64,000 nt of DNA from Eledone cirrhosa (GCA_964016885.1 OZ024742.1:88040001-88104000), one strand, 5' to 3'. Numbered from the stretch's first letter, positions 1 through 13,790 are shown. The notes: generated from the sequence alone by a model not told the origin. Program-made: numbers and translations.

Positions 1-65
1 CACGTTGAAGACCTTGCGATATTATTTTTAGTATATATATATATATAGAGAGAGAGAGATAAATA

Positions 66-440
66 TACACGGGTGTGTATGATTGTGTATAGAAGATGAT
101 ATTAATAAAAGGAATTCCAACTTTGTCTGATTTACTCGTTTTATTTACAATCCTTTAACATATATAATGGTATTAGAATGAAATAGTATGGTAGAATATT
201 AAATGTTAAGTGTTAATTGAACAAGTACTTTCATGCTTTCGCAATCTTCAGGTTCATAATGTGTGGTGACAGTCAAGTTTGCAATTTTCAACTGTTGAAA
301 ATGTTCAGCTAAAGCATGAACGTACTTGTTCAATTAACACTTAACATTCAATATTCTACCATACTATTTCATTCTAATACCATTATATATTTTAAAGGAT
401 TGTAAATAAAACGAGTAAATCAGACAAAGTTGGAATTCCT

Positions 441-446
<6 letters not shown>
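66..446. mobile_element. Fold-back mini-PLE: ~135-bp inverted arms (104-239 / 311-446), ~70-bp spacer, flanked by microsatellites
   Basis: Arms are near-perfect reverse complements. An HHR spans the arm/spacer boundary. About 40 nt of extra sequence lies outside the left arm only. Confidence 0.8.
218..256 (-). ncRNA. Minimal type I hammerhead ribozyme
   Basis: Minus strand reads UGAAC-CUGAAGA-U-UGC(GAAA)GCA-U-GAAA-GUAC-UU-GUUCA: stem I, core, stem II and palindromic loop III are all present. Confidence 0.85.
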
Positions 447-528
<82 letters not shown>

Positions 529-750
529 CGTGTGTAGACCAAAGAATGTAATTATATGTATTTTTGTACACCAATGTGTTTATGTACGTGTTGCGGGCGT
601 GTGTGTGTTTATATTTATACCTTACTATTTTCTTTGTTACTTTTTCGGCTGTCTGGTCAGTTGGATGCATATACTAAATCAATAATCTGAAATGCGCTTA
701 TGTTTGTATCTATGTATATTAACGCATGAATATAGGTGTGTATGTATGTG

Positions 751-835
<85 letters not shown>

Positions 836-842
836 CAATGAT

Positions 843-2504
843 ATTAATAAATGATATTTATAAAACCATATTTATTTTATTATATATATTTCAAGGCTAC
901 TAAAACCTTTGCTACGCTCTCATTAGATAAAATACAAAATGTCTTTCATAAATAATGACATACCCCAGAAACCAGACCATATCAGACAGTGAAAGGAAAA
1001 AAGAAAAAATTCATATCTTTAAATGTAGTAGAAGCGTTCACTGAAAAAGTCGTTATATTTAGACGCTAGGTAAATTTAAATAATTATTAGAATACTTTAT
1101 AAGGGAAGAAGAAAGTAGAAAGAGAGGCTAATATTAATATTGTAGTCTAAGTAAATTTAAAAATTAAAAATTAAAAATGCGTTGAAGTGGTATAATACTA
1201 ATGCAGAAATTTAAAAATATATAACCAAATCATGAGTTATAATATTATATAGATAATCCTTATAATTAGATTTTATGAAGAATTAAGGTGGTAAGTACAC
1301 TTAAGCTTATTATATTACAACAGGTCAAGTATATAAATATTTATATAAATAAATAAAAATATAAATATTATTGGTGAATGTTGTTATTTTAAATAGATAA
1401 ATAATTCTAATATTACTATATAATTTAAGGGTTACGAAATATATTGTGTTTACATTTCAATATATAGTTAAGAAAAATACGTAGTTCAAATTTTATTACA
1501 GAAGAACTTTTTGTACTTTCAAATAGTTCCATCAAGATAGAAAACATTTACCGAAAATTATTAAGTTAACGAAATTATCGAGAATTTATTATTTGTTTTG
1601 TTAAGAAGAGAGGATGTTTATGCGTGCTACATTATAAAGGAAAAGATAACTCCAATATTTCTTAGTTGCACTATTTACGTTATATTTGTCATATATTTTA
1701 GAATTTACTTTAAAAAAGCGGAATGTATGTATTCTGTGCATGATTATAATGTATTTTATATTACTTGTTTTCAAAGATGAGAATTTAGTTTATATATGTA
1801 TTTAGAAATTATCTATATATATTCAATTATATATATTCAGTTAGGAATAAAATAGTATTACACACATCATGAGTGTATTTAGAAACTATCACAAAGTGGA
1901 TGTATTTCAAAATATCAATTAAAACATATCAATAAAAAAACATTAAAAAGAATATCAATTGGAAAAGAATATCATTTGTAAAAATAATTTGTAATAATAT
2001 TACATAAAAAGAAAAATATCATTTAAAAATCACCACGAAACATCGACAGAAGCATAGTGAAGACTTATAAAACATCTAATTATAAGGATTATCTACATAA
2101 TAGTATAACTCATGATCTGGTTATATATCTTAAATGTTGGATTAGTATTCTACCACTTCAACACATTTTTAATTTTTTTTTTTTAAATTTACTTACACCA
2201 TATTATTAATATTAGCCTCTCTTTCTTCTTCCTTCTTCCTTTATAAAGTATCCTAATAATTATTTACATTTACCTAGCGTCAAACTATAACGACTTATCA
2301 GCCTACGCTTCTACTTCATTTACATATCCATCCTAAAGATTTGTGATGTTTTTTTTTTTTGCTTTCACTATACAAACGGAACCTGAACCGATAAGGCATC
2401 TTATTTTCATAAATCAATTTTGTATTTTATCTAATGAGCGCGTACCAAAGTTTTTGGTATCTTTGAAATATATATAATAAAATAAATATGGTTTTATAAA
2501 TATA
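843..2504. mobile_element. Degenerate Hydra-like PLE remnant with ~450-bp inverted pseudo-LTR arms (~843-1300 / ~2050-2504)
   Basis: Arms are diverged reverse complements. The end motif AAATATGGTTTTATAAATATAG is shared with the PLE 3' ends at ~35960-35980 and ~45661-45682. An HHR-like motif lies at 2423-2484 with core CUAAUGA. Confidence 0.7.
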
Positions 2505-2521
2505 GTGCTCTGAAATAGCAA

Positions 2522-3075
2522 GAAAAAAGTTTTTTTACTAGCAAGACCAATCTCTGATTTAGCAGGGTTAATAAGTCTACAACTAGGTTATTAAAGTCTG
2601 ATTTATGGTCTTTAAGTGTAATATAAACTTAACGTTGGCTAGGCTTTCAGTTAGCTCATCTACTTTTAATTTACTAGCTATAGCGTTAGCTTTATTATTT
2701 ATAATATTATAGGAATTAATTTTAGCTTTTTGATATTAAGTAGTGATACTATCCGTTAAAAGTTGGTTGTATAAATGGTTAACTTCGCAAAGGTTTTTAG
2801 TTTTACCAGAGAATACTAACGTTTTATTAAAGCGTTTGATATTGGAAATATCATTAGAAAATTTAGTTTAAAAATTATTATTGTACTTACGAAGTTTTAG
2901 TTGGTTGATCATGTTAACTAAGTCTATTTCGAAGGTGGCCATATGCTTAACACAAGGTGGATATTTGGATGAATTAATATCAAAATAATCCGTTGAATTA
3001 CTACTGAATAGTCCATCGAATATCTTGGTCTTCCATCTCATTCTTTGTATAACTTTTTTGACTTTATTTTTATTT
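2522..3075 (-). pseudogene. N-terminal fragment of a Hydra-like PLE reverse transcriptase ORF
   Basis: Translations VIQRMRWK, FEIDLVNMINQLKLRK and CRLINPAKSEIGLASK match the N-terminal blocks of the PLE ORFs at 6030 and 49296. Contains stops and frameshifts. Confidence 0.75.
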
Positions 3076-3362
3076 TCGACTTTTATTTTTGTTTTTTCGT
3101 TTTTGTTTTTGTTTGTGTCCATCACTGTGTTCATGTATACGTTGCGCGCGCTAGGGTGCGTTCACTTTTATTTAATTTATTTATTCTTTTCTTTGCTTGT
3201 CTACTGATGTAGCTACTGATCTCTGATTTTGACTGTAGCTTTGTGTGCGTGTGTATGTGAGTGTATGTGTGTGCATGTACATATGTATATGTGTATGTGT
3301 TTGTATGTATATACATGTGTGTGTGCATGTATATATATATGTGTGTATGTGTGTGTGTATGG

Positions 3363-3420
<58 letters not shown>

Positions 3421-3781
3421 GTGTGTATATATGTGGGTATGTGTAAGTGTGTATGTATATGGGTATGTGTATTGTGTTTGTATTTGTACGTATGTTTATG
3501 TGAATGCGTATAAGTAAATGCGTAGGTAGATGCTTATATATGTAACTGTATATTTATATATATACATATATATTTATTATTTTTGCCCATTACTTTACGT
3601 CCGTTATTTTATTTTATATCAGCCTCGCTTTCAATCGTTTTAGGCTTTGTTTTGAAATCCATATCTCACTTACTCTTCAAATTAAATTTCATTCTTCGTC
3701 TTCGGATAACCTTTGATAAATCGAATAATTGTTTTATGTTGTTTTTTATTTTAACTATATATTACATAACTATATATTACA

Positions 3782-3843
<62 letters not shown>

Positions 3844-3928
3844 TTGAGTTGCCCTATTGGTCTGTTTAAAGGATAATAGCCGTCGAAATGGCTTAGAGCT
3901 CTGCTGTCGGGTTCAAACATTGTCCTAT

Positions 3929-3959
<31 letters not shown>

Positions 3960-3960
3960 C

Positions 3961-4038
3961 GCAGCCCAGAAATCGAACCCACGAACCCCCGACATTATGA
4001 ACGTAAATCCAACACTGTTACCACTAGGCCACGTGCCT

Positions 4039-4040
<2 letters not shown>
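3961..4040 (-). mobile_element. tRNA-derived SINE head
   Basis: Minus strand has an A box (TGGCCTAGTGG) and a B box (GGTTCGATTTC). There is no complete cloverleaf. Confidence 0.65.
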
Positions 4041-4083
<43 letters not shown>

Positions 4084-4107
4084 TGTATATATATATATAT
4101 ATATATG

Positions 4108-4629
<522 letters not shown>

Positions 4630-4630
4630 G

Positions 4631-4685
<55 letters not shown>

Positions 4686-4688
<3 letters not shown>

Positions 4689-4849
4689 ATCAAAAGACGG
4701 TTAATAGAGTTCCAAGTGTTTTATTATGCGCATTTTAAATACAATTATCATCGTGGGATGAAATTTGCGTTCTCATCAGAGAAAATAGTGAGACATGATA
4801 TGAAGCTTAAACAACACTTATTGTTCTACAATAAAACTCATCTCCTACT
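4686..4849 (-). mobile_element. 164-bp derivative of the Hydra-like PLE at 45790-49471, retaining both termini
   Basis: 4686-4820 matches 45793-45925 (HHR-bearing 3' end, core CUGAUGA, GAAA mutated). 4820-4849 matches 49440-49470. Confidence 0.8.
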
Positions 4850-4873
4850 GATATATATATATATATATATATA

Positions 4874-6029
4874 TGAAGATAGACATAGAATATTCGAAAA
4901 TATTCTGTATGTTTATAATAAACATTTTGAAGACCTAATCGCTATAGAATAGAATACGTCACGTATTACAATTAGATTCTCGATAAAAGCAAGGGAAGTA
5001 ACCTACGCGTTTCATTTTTATTAGAAATCTTCAGGATTACATATCCAGTGCTTTTATCGAGAATGACACAGCTAGAGACTCATAGAATACTTAGCTGTGT
5101 ACAGGAACTGGTTTGAAAGAGCGGTTGCCGGTCCGGCAGAAATTAGAAATTGGAATAAATGCTCTGAAATAGCGATATATATGTGAAGATAGACATAGAA
5201 TATTCGAAAATATTCTGTATGTTTATAATAAACATTTTGAAGACCTAATCGCTATCGAATATAATACGTCACGTATTACAATTAGATTCTCGATAAAAGC
5301 AAGGGAAGTAACCTACGCGTTTCATTCTTATTAGAAATCTTCAGGATTACATATCCAGTGCTTTTATCGAGAATGACACAGCTAGAGACTTATAGAATAC
5401 TTAGCTGTGTACAGGAACTGGTTTGAAAGAGCGGTTGCCGGTCCGGCAGCAATTAGAAATTGGAATAAATGCTCTGAAATAGCGATATATATGTGAAGAT
5501 AGACATAGAATATTCGAAAATATTCTGTATGTTTATAATAAACATTTTGAAGACCTAATCGCTATAGAATAGAATACGTCACGTATTACAATTAGATTCT
5601 CGATAAAAGCAAGGGAAGTAACCTACGCGTTTCATTCTTATTAGAAATCTTCAGGATTACATATCCAGTGCTTTTATCGAGAATGACACAGCTAGAGACT
5701 TATAGAATACTTAGCTGTGTACAGGAACTGGTTTGAAAGAGCGGTTGCCGGTCCGGCAGAAATTAGAAATTGGAATAAATGCTCTGAAATAGCGATATAT
5801 ATGTGAAGATAGACATAGAATATTCGAAAATATTCTGTATGTTTATAATAAACATGTTGAAGACCTAATCGCTATAGAATAGAATACGTCACGTATTACA
5901 ATTAGATTCTCGATAAAAGCAAGGGAAGTAACCTACGCGTTTCATTCTTATTAGAAATCTTCAGGATTACATATCCAGTGCTTTTATCGAGAATGACACA
6001 GCTAGAGACTTATAGAATACTTAGCTGTG
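4874..6029 (-). repeat. Retrozyme-like array A: 3.7 near-identical 310-bp non-coding units, one HHR per unit
   Basis: Exact 310-bp period. HHRs at 4998-5040, 5308-5350, 5618-5660 and 5928-5970. Confidence 0.9.
5308..5350 (-). ncRNA. Type I hammerhead ribozyme (representative of array A)
   Basis: GUAAUC-CUGAAGA-U-UUCU(AAUA)AGAA-U-GAAA-CGCG-UA-GGUUAC. Stem I is extended by a perfect 16-bp helix (ATTCTCGATAAAAGCA / TGCTTTTATCGAGAAT). Confidence 0.9.
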
Positions 6030-8703
6030 AATACCTTAAACTGCTTATAGACGCTACTAATTCGTTTATACGGAGAGTCAGATGGAAGGCCTACCACCTG
6101 GATAAGAACACCCGTAACCTTCCTGAACCCAAAGAGAAGTATGGCTTCAAAACATACCGAAACCCACCGCCCAACACCTTACTGGACTCCTTTGAAGAGG
6201 ACCTGCTGAAAATGATCAAAAACGTTAAGCTCAGAAAGAAACACCAATGCAGCAATCCATTCTTAACGTCCCCTGATACACTAATAACTAAGATCAAGAA
6301 TGACCCGCACCTCTTCGTCACCTCCGACAAAACCAAAAAGCTGTACAAGATGGACGCGAGTGAGTATAAAAAATTCATCTATAAGGCACTACACAAAGAC
6401 TACAAAAAAGACACCCTCTAGTACCCTAAATGACATAAATAGAGTAGGGAAGGATATAGTCACCAGCTTAGAAATAGAGAAGTACACTAACCCGTACGTC
6501 CCTCTGACGCCTAAATTCTTTCTTAAGGATCACAAATATGACTTTAATGAAAGCCCCTCTATTAGACTAATATGCCCCTCTACATCAGATATAGGTAAGA
6601 TTAGTAAAGTGATCCTTGAGAGAGTACTACTCGAGATTAATAGAAAGGCTAAGGTCTGCCTCTGGGCAACACCGACCAGGTCATAAATTGGTTCACCGAG
6701 TTGCCGGATAAAGCCACCCTGAAATTCATCCAGTTTGATATGGATAGCTACTACGCCTCTATCTCCCCCATACTCTTAAATAAGGCACTTATCTTAGCTA
6801 GATCTAACACTAGCCTCACTAAAAAAGAAATAGACATAATTCTAGCGGCACGTAGAACCATTATACAGTTCGAAGGCTCCCACTGGACCAGAACCAACCG
6901 TCCTGATAACTTCGATGTCACGATGGGGTCCAGTGACTCAGCGCAAGCAACTGACCTGGTCGGGATATACCTCCTACATAAGCTTAGGGAAGAAATACCG
7001 GCCCTACAAGGAGGTGTATATAGGGACGACGCACTGTTTACCGTTAGGAACCATAGCCCCCGTAGGATAGAGAACCTTAACAAACATATACACAGGTTCT
7101 TTATGTCATACGGCCTATCCGTAACTATGGACCTCAACCACAGGGTTGTCAACTTCCTGGACGTGACCCTCGAGTTGAGTACGGGCTTATACAAGCCATA
7201 CCATAAGCCTGGAGAGTGCCTCTCTTATATTAATTATGCCTCCAACCACCCTAAGCAGACTCTCAACTCCATAGTCTATAGTATCTCACATAGAATCTCG
7301 AGGCTATCCGCCAATGAGGACATTTTCAACCAAGCGGCTGATTACTGCAATAGGGCCCTGATAAGCGCCGGCTTTAACCGAGGAATGTCCTACATCCCTA
7401 ACGCTAGCTCTAGAAACCACCCCCTCATAAAACTAACTTTATAGTAAGCCATACCTATAACCGATCACGCGGCGACCTCGTTGAACTCGGATATATTAGA
7501 ATAGATAACCGCACCAAAGATCACGTCCCCGGCGACGGTGAAAGCTGTAGATTACTCAAAATATTCCCCTATTACAAAACCAACAAAGGCGACGGCCTAC
7601 TACCAACGCCTTCCAACCAACATCTTCGTGTACATAAACATGGAAGAGGTAGAAAGAGTGCACCCGAGCATAAAGTGAAAGGGGCACCGAACGGGCGACT
7701 GCGCATTAACACACATAAGAGCGGTCACTTAGATGGAACCACCCGTAGCAAAAGTACAAGGACACGTAATCGCCACCTTAACGTCCTATGGTTCCACCCC
7801 ACCCCCTACTCTCGGAGTGTGGCCTCCAACATACCCCGGATGTTCTTCGAAGCCTTAGAGAAGAACTTCCCGCCCAACCATAGGTATAGAAAAATTCTTA
7901 ATAGGAACAATATAAAAATATCCTTCTCTACTACTCCTAACCTAGCAGACATCATAGGAACAACGAACCACAGTAAGATCACCAAGACACAGCACCTCGA
8001 CACAGACGTACCTACACCTGACAATGACTATATCGGTCTTAACAACTCCCTGGCAGCATCCAATAGTGTAGGCAACGGCATCCGCAGACGCAACCAGAAT
8101 GACCGCGAAATGACTGGGGAACATGCAGAACATGACGTGCGGAATAACAATCGCACAACCCCGCGTGCTGTGGGTTGTAATTGTGCTAACGACAGCTCCG
8201 GTAGCGTAGGTAACAACGTAGGCAGCAACAATGATAGCCTTACCGTGGGAAATAGACGGAACCGCGACAGAAATTGCAACTGCCGCGACAGAGGACGCTG
8301 CCTCCTTAGAGGATACTGCTTGACTGATAGGGTTATATATAGATGCACTATTACTAGCCACAATAGCGTTAAACATTATATAGGGGCCACCTCCGGCCCG
8401 TTCAAAATTAGGTTTCGAACACATCTCCACTCTTTCACAAATAGAAAACTAAGGCACTCCACTTCGCTCGCGGACTATATCACATCACTAAAGGACTTAA
8501 ACATCAGCTTCTCCACGCACTGGGAGATTGTCGGCAGGGCTGCACCGTACAACTTCAAGAGGAAATGCGATCTTTGCCTCATGGAGTTCTACCACATCAT
8601 AACTGCACCCCACGAGCTCATCAACAGTAGAGCTGAAACAGCGATAAGTTGTACACATCGCTTAAAAATATCCTTCTTCAGATGGGTTATGGATGAAGAG
8701 TGA
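6030..8703 (+). pseudogene. PLE reverse transcriptase / C-terminal GIY-YIG endonuclease ORF (frameshifts and stops)
   Basis: SDKT, IQFDMDSYY (motif A), TMGSSDSAQ (motif B), YRDD (motif C), NFLDV, LWFHP, CNCRDRGRC, VIY...HYIG, CDLC. Confidence 0.9.
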
Positions 8704-9000
8704 AATAGTACACTGGATCTCCCTGCAACAAGTCTTAACACCCCGGCGGGCAGGCGCTGCAAAATAACACCCAGAAAACAATCCTTGCATACCAGACCCA
8801 GCCTCAGACAAACGGACGCGGCAAAAAGAAAAAAAAAATTAATAAATTTGTCCAGGAAAGACTGCCCTAACACCGGCCAGAGTTACCTACCTTGACCTGC
8901 TGCAAAGTCAAAACAAGATATTTTTGCGAGCAATGAACCTTGATGTGGATTTAACCCCAAAAACTCTTTCCGAGCAATATAAGGAACACTTGTGATTAGT

Positions 9001-9045
9001 TATGCCCTTGAGAAACCCAACTGGGCGAAATGTACGTAGGTGATA
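9001..9045 (+). ncRNA. Candidate variant hammerhead in the PLE 3' UTR
   Basis: UAUGCC-C-UUGAGAA-A-CCCA(AC)UGGG-C-GAAA-UGUACG-UA-GGUGAUA. U3-A8 core; stem I is imperfect. Confidence 0.5.
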
Positions 9046-9262
9046 TTTTAAATAAACATGTTTTGTTTTAACGGTCTATTCTCCGATTGTTTACTTTCCC
9101 ACGTGCTTACGCTCTGCTAACTCTCTAGCCCACTAAATATTAACACTTCGAATATTTAATACTTCCGGCACTAGTATCGAGCACCTTTGGCATACGCTAC
9201 TTGGCAAATAACTATATGTATCACCTATCCTCCCTTTCTTCTCTTTCTCGATACGTAAACAC

Positions 9263-9350
<88 letters not shown>

Positions 9351-9363
9351 TATATATATATAT

Positions 9364-9527
9364 AGTGTTTACGTATCGAGAAAGAGAAGAAAGGGAGGAT
9401 AGGTGATACATATAGTTATTTGCCAAGTAGCGTATGCCAAAGGTGCTCGATACTAGTGCCGGAAGTATTAAATATTCGAAGTATTAAATATTCGAAGTAT
9501 TAAATATTCGAAGTATTAAATATTCGA
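9364..9527 (-). repeat. Inverted copy of the last ~115 bp of the PLE, ending in four copies of GAAGTATTAAATATTC
   Basis: Reverse complement of 9145-9263 across a (TA)n spacer. The 16-mer is repeated exactly at 9462-9525. Confidence 0.9.
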
Positions 9528-9772
9528 TATGTGTGTGTATATTGCTTCCACCCCCTCACTGACCAGCAGCTGGCGATTGCTAAATCTGACCTTTATAAAA
9601 TAACCCACACCCCAAATAACTTCTCATTCACTACCAGAAAGGGACACAGCAGTCAACCTGTTGTTGCTACCTAGATGAAAACTGCTATGAAATCCCACAA
9701 TGAATTTTATACTTGAATTTTCAAGTCTCAAATTTTAACTCTTCGATTTATTAATTTTTCTTAATATTAATC

Positions 9773-9820
9773 AACATTTGAAAAGATGGCTTTTGCAGAC
9801 CCATCGAAACCGGTCATTTT
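9773..9820 (+). ncRNA. U3-A8 variant hammerhead in a probable solo pseudo-LTR (~9540-9900)
   Basis: AACAU-UUGAAAA-GAUGG...CCAUC-GAAA-CCGG-UC-AUUUU; one stem I mismatch. Confidence 0.7.
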
Positions 9821-9917
9821 TTATACCCTTTATTATTTCCTTACCTTATAAAATTATGTTTTTTCACAAAAAAGTATTCTGTCTCTTATATATTCCATGT
9901 GCCATTACCAACCTCAA

Positions 9918-10075
<158 letters not shown>

Positions 10076-10130
10076 ATATAGAAATTAATGTGTCCAAGAA
10101 GCCGACAGTATTTCATTATATATATATATA

Positions 10131-13100
10131 TTTAAAAAAATAAAGGTGTGACACACGAGTTGTGAAATATTAGTAAACAGGAAAAGAAGATGCTACCAAA
10201 TCTTTTCCAGTGAAAAATAGTTTAATAGGGATAAGTATAAATTAGTAATATGTATTGGTTTGTATTCAGTTTTAATTTTAAGTTTTTACCAAATGCGCAT
10301 TTCTAATGCTTTTCAAAAATAATATTGAGATAGAGCGCTCGTGATGTTTGCTCTAATCTGATTAGTTTTGGAAATTCTTCCTGTTTTATGTGAAAGAAGT
10401 GGCTCCATAGGTATTAAGATGTGGTTGTTTGTTGAATGTCACGTGAATAAGTACTATACATTCGCGCCAATTCGTGTTGCAAAAATTATTGTAGTCAAAA
10501 CAATGTTTATTGGTCGGTAGAAGTCACGTGAATGTTAAAATTGATTTTAGCGCGGACTGATTTGGCGCCAAATGTAGGTTTGTAGAAGAGTGTCCTTATC
10601 CGCTTGGTTGAGTTGCAGTCATGTTGAGAAGTCACTGAAAAACATGTCTATTAAGACAAATATGTGTGTGTGTGTAGTAAAGAGGGCCATTGTTGTGATA
10701 ATAGTGAGTAGGGATGTGTATGTGAGTTTCAGTCATGTTGAAATGTCAACAGTTCAGGTGTCTATTAAGACAAATATGTGTGAGTGTGTGTGTGTAGCAG
10801 AGTGGTTCGAGGTAGAGGGAATGAATTTGTCAGTAGGAATGGGTGTACGTGTGTGTGTGTGTATGTGTGTGTGGGGGGGCGGGTATTTTTACACGTTGAC
10901 ACTCTAAAAATCATCACCCCCAGAATGAGATTTACAACTTTCCCCCTTCAAGGAGATACCATACCAAATAACTCAACTACTACGCGGATGCCTCATCATT
11001 AAACATAGGGAAAAGATACCACTGCCATCATAGATGTAACAACTACCCCGCCACAAGGTGCCAGCAAGGCAATTTCCATTTGCTCACCTCTCGCTTCCAC
11101 AATACATAACAAACCGACACCACACGATATAACAACAACGTAGGCCACCTATGACACAGCAATCCAACATGGCACATAGAAACACACATCCATACTCGCA
11201 ATACAGGAACACCCCATTCAAACCACAACCACGAACCCGAACCACATTTTACAACAACAAGGAATATAACAAATACAGGAGACCAATTAACATCAGCAGA
11301 CAACCCATCTACCTCAACCATTTTTTAGACACAGCACACAGATACAGGCAAACAAAATAACACGAGTCGGGGAGGATAAACCGAGAGTAATATATAATAT
11401 CAATCTAACTAGTGCAGAACCAACTCCGAACCTTATCAACTTACTCTCCAAAGGTCTCAAATTCACACACCCCCCTACTCCCTAACTACTATGAAATGAA
11501 GGAATACATCACAGACTTCTGTAGAAAGTTACGACTTAGTAAAGAACTATACGATCAGTACAATGAGGATGAATGATTAGCCAGACATAGAAGCAACTAC
11601 ACCCCATCAAAAGGTAGAAATAAAATCCTGGACGAATTATGTGAACACATCACAATCTTCCCTTACCAACACTTGCACAGACAAAAACACAAGCCTATCC
11701 TCAACAGGAAAGAATGAGAAAGAATTAAATATATTAAAAACCGACAGAACTATTAGAATTAAAGAGGCTAATAAAGGGAGTGCAGTAACCCTAATGGAGA
11801 CAGAATTCTATATCAAACATACTACGAAAAGGCTGAAAACTACAATCAACAGAAAATTATGAGAAGCCTAAAAACTCTGATCAACCAATACAAAGAAGGA
11901 CTCACTAACAAGGAATTCAGCTTCATCACAGACTTCAAAAGTAAATCCAGCCTTTTCTACGATATCCCTAAAGTACATGAAACAAATTAATAAGTAAGGC
12001 ATGCAAGGAGGCCACTGACATAGACATCAATGTCCCCTCGCCGAATGATCTCAAATTATGAGCTATAATAGCAGGCCCCGCTTGCGAAACCCACCGCCTT
12101 AGTAACTTCATTGATACTCTTCTCAAGCCTTTTCTCAAGCACATCAAATGCTATATAAGCGACGACCTAGATATGCTCAATCACCTCCCTAATATGCCCA
12201 TTACTGAACAAACCCTACTAGTGACGTTCGATGTAGTCAACCTATACTCCAACATACCCCACATCCTAGGAATAGAAGCTATCCAATTCTGGCTGGATAA
12301 TTACCACAATGAACTCCCACAGTGCATCTAAAAAAGAGTTCGTGATAGAAAGACTCAAATTTATCTTGGAGAACAATTACTTCGTATTCAATCCTACAGG
12401 CAGAAATCTGGGACGGCTATGGGAACAAAAACGGCCCCCACTTATGCCAACCTAGTCATGGGATACCTGGAAATCACTCTCTACACTAAAGTACTAAACA
12501 CATTTGGAAACAATCTCCACTTACACATAGAAAAGAACTGGAAGCGATATCTAGATGACTGCTTCATCCTTTGGTACGAAAACATCGAGAAACTTAAGTA
12601 TTACACACCCTTATAAATGGGCTCAATACGAATATTAACTTTACGATGGAATACAGCCATCAACAACTCCCCTTCCTCGACATCCTCATTAAGATTCATA
12701 ACAAAACAATAGAAACAGACATATACTACAATCCCACAGACCCAAGCAATATCTACCTTTCAATTCATGCCACCCTAGACACGTTAAAATTAATATTCCC
12801 TACAACTTAGCCAAGAGAATCTGTACTATAGTCTCCAATAAAAACACCTGTTACTTACGGCTACAAGAAGTAAAGGACACACTTATAATCAGGGACTACC
12901 CTGCATCACTAATTGACAATGTAATCCAATGTGCCCTAAAACTCAGTACCCAGGACCTTAGACACTCTAAAGTAAATCAACCGAAACTAAAAGCAATGAT
13001 ATACACAATGACATATGTAAACACAATATGTCCTATGGTGCAACACACATATACACACATTCGCACACCTTTTGATTTTTATAGATATACACGTGCCGAC

Positions 13101-13611
13101 AAGCACACAAACACATACGCATACATGTATTGCACATTGATGGGCACATACATATTTGTACACAAGTATCCCATACGGCATGGGCTAATGGATTCCCTTT
13201 GCAGTAGTACAATCTGGACACTCACACACACATTGGTGTTATGACAATACTATACATCATTTCACCTATTTTATTATTGATGTTATTGATGTTCTTTTGA
13301 GAAAATCGTTTTTACAAATGACTAAAAATATCGATGTACACCAATTTTACTAGTATCACAAAAATACTGGTCCATCCACACACACACACACACACACATA
13401 CACACGCGTACACTAACATACAAACACACACACACACACACACACATACACACACACATACACACCAACACTCCTCCGTATAAAACCAGAGCTGAAAACT
13501 ACGTTTCAACATGGTAAAATACCCCCCCCCCCTCCCCACATAGACATGCACGTACACACACATACCTACTGACCGATTCATTCCCTCTACCACGAACCAC
13601 TCTGCTACACA

Positions 13612-13660
<49 letters not shown>

Positions 13661-13790
13661 TTGTCTTAATAGACACCTAAACTGTTGACCTTTCAACATG
13701 ACTGTAACTAACACACACATCCCTACTGACCATTATCACAACAATGAACTTCTTAACTACACACACACACACGCACACACACACACACAA

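Larger units (their letters stand above)
6030..9263 (+). mobile_element. Near full-length Penelope-like element, Hydra-clade-like
   Basis: RT + GIY-YIG ORF remnants at 6030-8703, a 3' UTR with an HHR-like motif at 9001-9045, and an end in (TA)n. Confidence 0.9.

Noticed and set aside
3961-4040. tRNA gene
   Set aside because: A and B boxes are present, but there is no acceptor-stem closure or proper cloverleaf; this is a SINE head.
5978-6029. N-terminus of the 147-aa ORF
   Set aside because: It is read-through from the array into the PLE frame across the fusion junction, not a real start.
4874-6029. CRISPR-like or plain satellite interpretation of the tandem arrays
   Set aside because: There are no unique spacers or cas genes, and the context is eukaryotic. 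One ribozyme per unit and PLE-type ends fit retrozymes better.
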